A program made the position numbers and the translations under genes. The notes under the pieces were generated by a model. The model saw only the letters and a list, made by a program, of their open reading frames with translations. It did not search any database and was not told the origin of the DNA. From the NCBI RefSeq assembly GCF_009914755.1, contig NC_060940.1: DNA of 64,000 nt; one strand, given 5' to 3'. The DNA is from the human T2T-CHM13v2.0 reference genome, Homo sapiens. Within the stretch, counting starts at the first letter, position 1; each line of letters opens with the position of its first letter. Positions 55,683 through 64,000 of this stretch are shown here, one piece after another.

Positions 55683-56504
55683 TCTAGTTTGGTATTTTTC
55701 TTATTCAAGTAACAAGGAAAAAAAAAATAACTCCACCAAGAGTAAAACAGAAAAAAGGAACAAAACTGATAGCATGACTGAAAAGGCCTGGGGTGGTACC
55801 TCACTTCAGGCATAGCTGGATACAGGCACTTATACAAGATAAGTCTCTCTAATCTCTCACTGCTTGCTTCCCTTTGATTACTTCATTCTCACGCAATTCT
55901 TTCCACATAGTGGCCTGAGCAGCTCCTAACTCACATCTGCGCAAGAAAGCAGAGGCTGTTCCCCAATAGTTCCAGCCAAAGTCCCAGGACTGACTTTCAC
56001 TGGACCCGTTTGGGCCACATGCCCCTGCCTGAGCCAACCACCACATCCAGCCTGGCCAGACCTGGCTTTCATGAAGCTCCTTCAGGAAGCGGTTGGGGTC
56101 ATCCCCTCCAGAAGGACATGGGGAAAACCAGAAAGTGGGAGGAGGGATGCTTCCTTCTGGAAAATAGGGATGCAATTACCACAAGAGGTATCAGGTACAG
56201 GGCTGGCACAAACAAGAGCTATCCACGGCACCATCATGTAGGCATGCAGCAGGTCCACCATGAAGCAACCTGGCTGCTCCGCAAAACGGAGTCACAGTTA
56301 ATTCAGCCAATGAGAAATATCCCTCTACTTGGGTTCCCACCATTCACCCCAGGCCTGGCACGTCCCAAATTTCCTTGGTCAAAGGCAAGCAAATTACCCG
56401 CCTTTTATGCTGCACAAAAAGCTGAAAAGATTGTCTTACTTCTCTGGCTCAAGAACTTTCTATGACTCCCTCTGGCTACTTATGTGGCTCCCCCACCCTT
56501 AATG

Positions 56505-56700
56505 ATAGAAGCCAACATTCATGAATCCCTTACCACATGCCAGGTACCTAATGGACCTGCCTCCTCCAAACAGCATAGAAGAGGTTGGTACTCTTACTGC
56601 ACCTATTTTATAAATATGGAAACAAAGGCTCAGCAATTTGAGGTAATTTACCCAGAGACAAAGTTAGGAAGTGCAGAGTTCAGATTAGCACAATATTGTT
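56505..56700. mobile_element. MIR-like fragment
   Basis: cctattttataaatatggaaacaaaggctcag...aggtaatttaccc resembles the MIR core. Confidence 0.55.
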
Positions 56701-56882
56701 CCCGCCATTACCATCCCAGCTCCATTTGTTCATGTTTCAAAGTCTTACACCCACCTCTAGCTAGGGGCCAGTGGGAACCGCTCCACGGCAGAAGAAGCCT
56801 CTAGGAACCCCTTCAGCTTCTGCAGTGGTGGGGCTGGGGAGTAGGTGCAAAAGATACTTAGCTTTACCATCCTCTCCCATGA

Positions 56883-57192
<310 letters not shown>

Positions 57193-57571
57193 TAATGGGA
57201 TAGGGAAAAGAATTCCTCCAAGATAAAATTAAAGTGAGGTTAGGAAAGGAAGTAGGTGTTTGTTAGCCTTAAGTCAGCAGCTGATTTCTCCCATTGGTGA
57301 GTCAATTAGTTTTCTATGGCTGCTGTAACAAATTACCACGATCTGATTGGCTTACAACAACACAGACTTAATATCTTATTGTTCTATAGGTCAGAAGCCT
57401 CAAATCAGTTTCACTTGGCTAAAGTCAAGTTGTAAAGTACTGATTTCTTCAGGAGGCTCTGAAGGGAAAACCCATTTTCTTGCCTTTTTCTGCTTTTAGT
57501 GGTTACCTATATTCCCTGGATTGTGGCCCTTTCCTCCATTTTTAATGCACACCACTCCAATCTCTGCACAG

Positions 57572-58306
<735 letters not shown>

Positions 58307-58525
58307 GCACTGTGATGGGACACTGGGCCCACAGGCAACATAGGATAAGTTCCCATCTCAAGATGCTTAATCACATCTGCAAAGTCCCTTTTGTCATGGA
58401 AAGGAACATAGTCACAGATTCTGGGGATTAAGTTGAGGACACTTTGGAGGGGCCATTATTCAGCCTATCATGGAAGATATCATGAGAGGGAGTTAATACA
58501 AAATGCTCTGGAAACAGAGAAGGGC

Positions 58526-58833
<308 letters not shown>

Positions 58834-60769
58834 ACGGGTTCCGTTGGCCAAAAGGGGGTCTGCTAAGTCGGGTGGGGGGCTTAGGATTTTATTTTTAGTT
58901 CTCAAGGGAGATAAAATAATTTAATCCATTGGCCCCTGTGACTGTGGGACTAACATGGCTATGATCTGTCGGACAGACTTCAGGCTGGCACCCAGGCAAA
59001 ATTGTATGCTGTAGTAAATGCATCATGCACATTTGTAACAACACGTACATAACAATGTCACAAAATACTTTCATGGTGACACCTAGATTAGTGTTTTATT
59101 GAATAGCTGATGATATAAACTGGCTCATTTGGTGCCAAGACTGACCATCACCACCATACCAAGGTCATCACCGATCAGAGGCCTAACCCAAGGAGGGGGT
59201 CATGTGCAGGCCCAGCGGTAGGGAGGAAAGATGCCGCAGAGGAGACGGATGCCCACAGAGGCCCCTGAGCGGATACCATGCTCACTAAGTGGTAAGTATA
59301 GACTCAATGTAGGCTGTAAGCTCTCCCCCTGTGCAAATGGGACCCCATCCACTTGAGAGTCAAGGGTCTGTTTGGGTGGCAGGGTTAGCTACTTCTGAAG
59401 GTAGAAAGGAAAATAAGCCACCAAATTGGTACCTTTCTGTGAAATGGACATCGTGCTCAGAATCTCCATTTTCCCCACAACCTGGAGGAATAAGTACTGT
59501 CATCTGCATTTTATAGCTGAGGAATCTGACTGAACAAAATTGAATTACTCGCCTAAGCAATTAGCAATTAACCAAGTCTTTCTGACTCAGAAACCCAGCT
59601 GTTGCCTGTTCATATCCAGCCCCCTGTATTGGTGTCAAGATCTGGCCTGTTCTCAATGCAGCAAGATCCAGGCAGATCACACTGGACTCCCAGCACTGAA
59701 TCTGGCTCAAGGGGACATCAAATTTGACTGGGTCATGGGGCTCAGGAGCATCACTCTCAAAAATAGCAGTACAGGAAGAGGCGATGGCCCTAAACAGCAC
59801 TTGCAGGCAGATCCCATGTTAATTGTAAGGGTCAGGACTCTCTCACTTTTCTGTCTCTCTCTCTGTCTCTCCTCTAGGGCTGACCCCACATTGGACACCA
59901 CTGCTTCCATGTCCATCACACACCACAGCTGCCTTTTCTTCTGCCTGCTTATGGGAAAGTCCCCTCCTCTCCTCCGTTTTCTTCTCTTCCTGCCCTATCA
60001 CACCGTGCACTTCTCCCTTTCCTTAAAGAACCACCATCAACTTTAGGAGGAGGGAAAGGGGTGGCTCTGGCAGGAAAAGCCAGAATCCCCTCTAGCCAAC
60101 AGAGAGAGAGAGGAATGGCTGCATGTTTTCTCCCTCAATCCAAGGCACTGGGTCTTGGCTGAGTTGCAGGTTCCAAGCTGCTCTCCTGCTGTGTCGGTGA
60201 GTTCTGGTCAACCTGCAACCTCCTGACGTGGCCACTGCAGTTCATCGAGTCTTCAGGGACTCCCCATGGCCTAGAGTACTTTGCCTTGCTTACACGGGAG
60301 AGGAGAATGGATTTATAGAGAACATCATCTAAATCCAACTTGACCATTGTGTGGCCACACTTGCTAGATTGCTATAGTCTAAATCTAGCATTGTAGAAAG
60401 ACGGGGGAGCTTGGAGCTGCACAAACCCAGGTCTGGAAATGGCTCCTTACCTTGGAAGGTGAATGATCCTGGCAGGACTTAGCCTCCCTGGGCCTCAGTT
60501 TCTTTATCTGTTTCATGGGAATGAGGATCTCTGCTGGTTGGTTGGGTGATGCGGGGGCTGTGTGAAAACAGCTTGTCAATACAAGCCGAAATAGAAATAT
60601 TTCTCCACAGAGTATGAAGGTCAAATGAGAGAATACATTTAAATTAAATGGAAAATTAAAATGGCAAAAAAGGCAAAGCTGTATTCAAAGTTCCGAGCTT
60701 CTCTATAAGGAGCTTTTTGACTATGTAAGAATCCTGTACTCGTTCCCCCTAAATACAAAAAAAAAAAAA

Positions 60770-61070
60770 AAAGTTGAAGGAGGCAGAAGGGAGAGTGATG
60801 CACGATGGGCGAGGACTTCACCTGCTGTTGCTGGCTTTGAGGATAGAGAAAGAAGGCCACAAACCTAGAAGCTGGAGCCCCTAGAAGCTAGAAAAGGCAG
60901 GGAGCCGATTCATCCCTTAAGCCTCCAGAAGGGACATAGCCCCGCTGGCACCTTGATTTTAGCCCAGTGAGATCCTCTTAGGAATTTTGGCAACCAGAAC
61001 TATAAGACAGAAATGGAAGCCACTGAGTCTGTAGCTGTTTGTTGCAGCAGCAATAGAAAACTAATGCAGA
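60770..61070 (+). mobile_element. MLT1-type LTR fragment
   Basis: ctagaagctagaaaaggcagg...gcctccagaagg...gcaccttgattttagcccagtgaga...gcagcagcaatagaaaactaat. Confidence 0.7.
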
Positions 61071-61086
61071 GCCCAAGAAATCACTG

Positions 61087-61207
61087 GTGATGAGATGGGG
61101 AAAGTGGGCTCAGGAGGTCTGGATCTGTGATGAGATGGGGAAAGTGGGCTCAGGAGGTCTGGATCTGTGATGAGATGGGGGAAGTGGGCTCAGGAGGTCT
61201 GGATCTG
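61087..61207. repeat. 40-bp minisatellite, 3 copies
   Basis: gtgatgagatggggaaagtgggctcaggaggtctggatct occurs three times, with one substitution. Confidence 0.95.
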
Positions 61208-63688
61208 AGGTGCGGATCTGGAGTGGAAGGGGAATTCATTTGTTCATTGTCTATCCTTTTGCATTGATTGAGTTTTTTTCTATATATATGTGTGAATTTT
61301 CACAATAACAGTTTTTTCCAAAATAAAATAAAAGAACAAAAGGGGCTTTTTGCAACCCAAATCCTATCTATGTCTGAGTCCACTTGTATTGAATGAGTCT
61401 TTCTGCTAACGTCCTTATATTTGGGTGACAATCTGAATGGCAGTGACCAATCAGAGCAGAGGCAAACCTTGGAGTGGGCAGGGCATCCTGAGGGCCCTGA
61501 TTCCTGCCATGAGTCATAACTCTTTAGGTGCCAGACCATGGGGAGGTCCAGGGGTTGCAGGGGAGGGCTGTGCATCTGCAATGACTCTCAGGGGGCTCCT
61601 GGTGGTGGCAATTGGTGAATCTGCACAGTGGTGTTTCAATATTGTCACAACCCTGCTGTCTCTCATGCTCTCAAAAAGCATTCCTCTTACCTGTGACAGA
61701 CTTCCTACACCTAACAGCTTGCAAAAGTGTTCCAGGTTAATGAGAATAATCTCTCGGAGCCATACCTCCCTGCTTGGGGTCTCAGTTTCCCCAACTGTCT
61801 CCAGACAAGTTAGGCTAGAAGGCCCCTGAGCCTCAGCCCCTCTATACCCCTCCTGTCACCCAGACCTGATCTGGGTCTTGCACCCTGGGTGCAGCATGAC
61901 AGGGGTGGGCAGGGGCTGGCTCTGGGCCAGAGGACCCTTTCTGATGGACTTCAGCTGTTGGCCTTGCATGGGAGACAGATCAACCGCACAAGAGTCATAC
62001 GGTGAGTAGCCGTGGGCAAATCCATCCCCCTCGTCTTAGATTTATGGGGAGACAGACAAAGAGGAGACACTCCAGGAAGACCTGCAGGTGGGAGTACCAG
62101 GTTGAAACCAAGGACACCTTCCTGGAGGAGCTGCTGCTTGAGCCAGCTCTGAGAACAGGTGGGGACAGGACTGGAGAGGAGGAGGGGGTCCCCTATGAGC
62201 AAAGACTGGCCACCACCCCACCTAACACCCCCACAGGGCCCCTGTGGCATCCCTGTCCAGTCCCTGTCACCACCCAGTTTTTCCCTCTGGACCCAGGAAT
62301 TCAAAGTAAGCAAGGAGGTCCGCTGCTCCAGTTGGCTGCAAATAATTACAACCTTAAGCCCAAGCAGCACTTTGGGTCCTGGTTTGGGACCATGAAGCGA
62401 CTCGGTGAGACTGAGAGGTAAGGCCAGGGCAGGAATTGGGACAGTAGGATTGAACTCTCCCTGGGGGCCAGCCTCAGAAAGCCTGTGGCCATAGCCTCTT
62501 GGCCAACATCAGATCCTGTGGTCTGGCAATGCCTGGGGTACCCAGACCTCACTCTGGACAGGCCCTGGGAGGGGGCCCTGGTGAGATTCCTGGCAGCCTC
62601 ACAGCCACTCTTCTGTCCGTAGCTACAACCTATCATGCCAGCTGGAGGCTCCATCCCAGTTGGCTGGGAGCACAAAGGCCAGGAAGATAGACATCACCCA
62701 CCACAGGGGCCAGTCGGGGCCTGAGCCAGGGCGGGCAGAGGTTGGCTGCCTTGGGATATGGGTGGGCTCAGGGAGTCAGACAGCAAGGGACTAGCCTCCC
62801 ATCCTACTCCTGACCAGACCTGTGACTGGGGAGAGTCACCTTACTTCTCTGGGCCTCAGTTTCCCCCTCTGTGGAGTGACGCTAAATGATCTCTCTGGAG
62901 ACGGGGATCAATAGGGCACTGGTGATTGACCAGGCACTCAGCACATGCCTGGAACACACAGTGCAGGACTGTGGTGGGGAGGTGGCCTGAGATCCTGGGG
63001 AGTCACCCATGTGTGCCTGCCCTTCCGACCAGCCACCAGGCCCTCAGGGCAGAGCCCACTACCAGCAGCAGCTCACACCCCGAGACCAGCTCAGAGGCGG
63101 CCCCTACCTCAGCAGCAGGGACATCACGGACACTTTAAGCTGGTACTAGGGTGGCTTCTCCAGCTCCCACGTGGAGAGGGGTCCCAGCTGAGTCCCACTC
63201 ACGTGGAGTCTCATGCCCATGAAAGCGCCATTCACCACTGGCCAGGCTCATGAGGCCGCATGAGGGGGGTCACTGGGGAGGAGATATCGGGGGAACAGAG
63301 AGGATGGCTGAATTTTTGTATAATAGGCAGTGCAAGTGTTTACCGTTTGGGAGGGGAAAGGTTTGTTATTATTAGCAATGCTACACTTGAATATTATACT
63401 AAAATCCAGTCTCTCTATAACCTGGGAGTTGCTCTTTTGTTCTTTCTTTTCCTGTCTTAATTAAAATGAGATGCAGACTCTCACGGTCCACAGTCAATTA
63501 AGAAATCTTGCACGGCCATCAGGTTATGTCTTGGAGAGCAGAGTTTCAGTACCATCAGCCTGGCAAGGAGCTGGGCCTGCTCCTCAGAGCTCCCGGGACT
63601 GCGAGATTTGGCGTGTTCACAGGGCACCGTCACAGCCTCTGAAACATGCTGTCTTTAAAGACTTTTGCCGTGGCTCACTCACTCACAG

Positions 63689-63995
<307 letters not shown>

Positions 63996-64000
63996 CAAAG

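Overview
This is primate (human/great-ape-like) DNA with the character of a pericentromeric or acrocentric-short-arm segmental-duplication mosaic. I found no intact protein-coding gene. From start to end: (1) 1-28325 is a strongly strand-asymmetric GGCT/GGCTT satellite with two nested, near-identical higher-order arrays (period 2983 bp x ~2.1 and ~4244 bp x ~3.1) and a more degenerate edge. (2) ~28330-32710 is a GC-rich duplicon carrying the terminal exon of PPP2R3B (a PAR1 gene) on the minus strand. (3) ~32716-42858 is an AT-rich block of unidentified origin with Alus and an MST LTR. (4) 42859-45860 is a CAGGG repeat, followed by a degenerate GC-rich ~46-bp repeat and L1/Alu debris. (5) ~51900-52900 is a CpG island with a disabled copy of TTC28 exon 1 on the minus strand. 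(6) The rest is Alu/Tigger/MaLR/MIR-rich sequence. Most ORFs in the track come from low-complexity repeats or Alus, and the others match no protein I recognise. Gene and repeat-subfamily identities are recalled from memory, not searched. The most interesting items are the hierarchical satellite structure and a possible chimeric TTC28-promoter to PPP2R3B-last-exon transcription unit; the latter is inference only.
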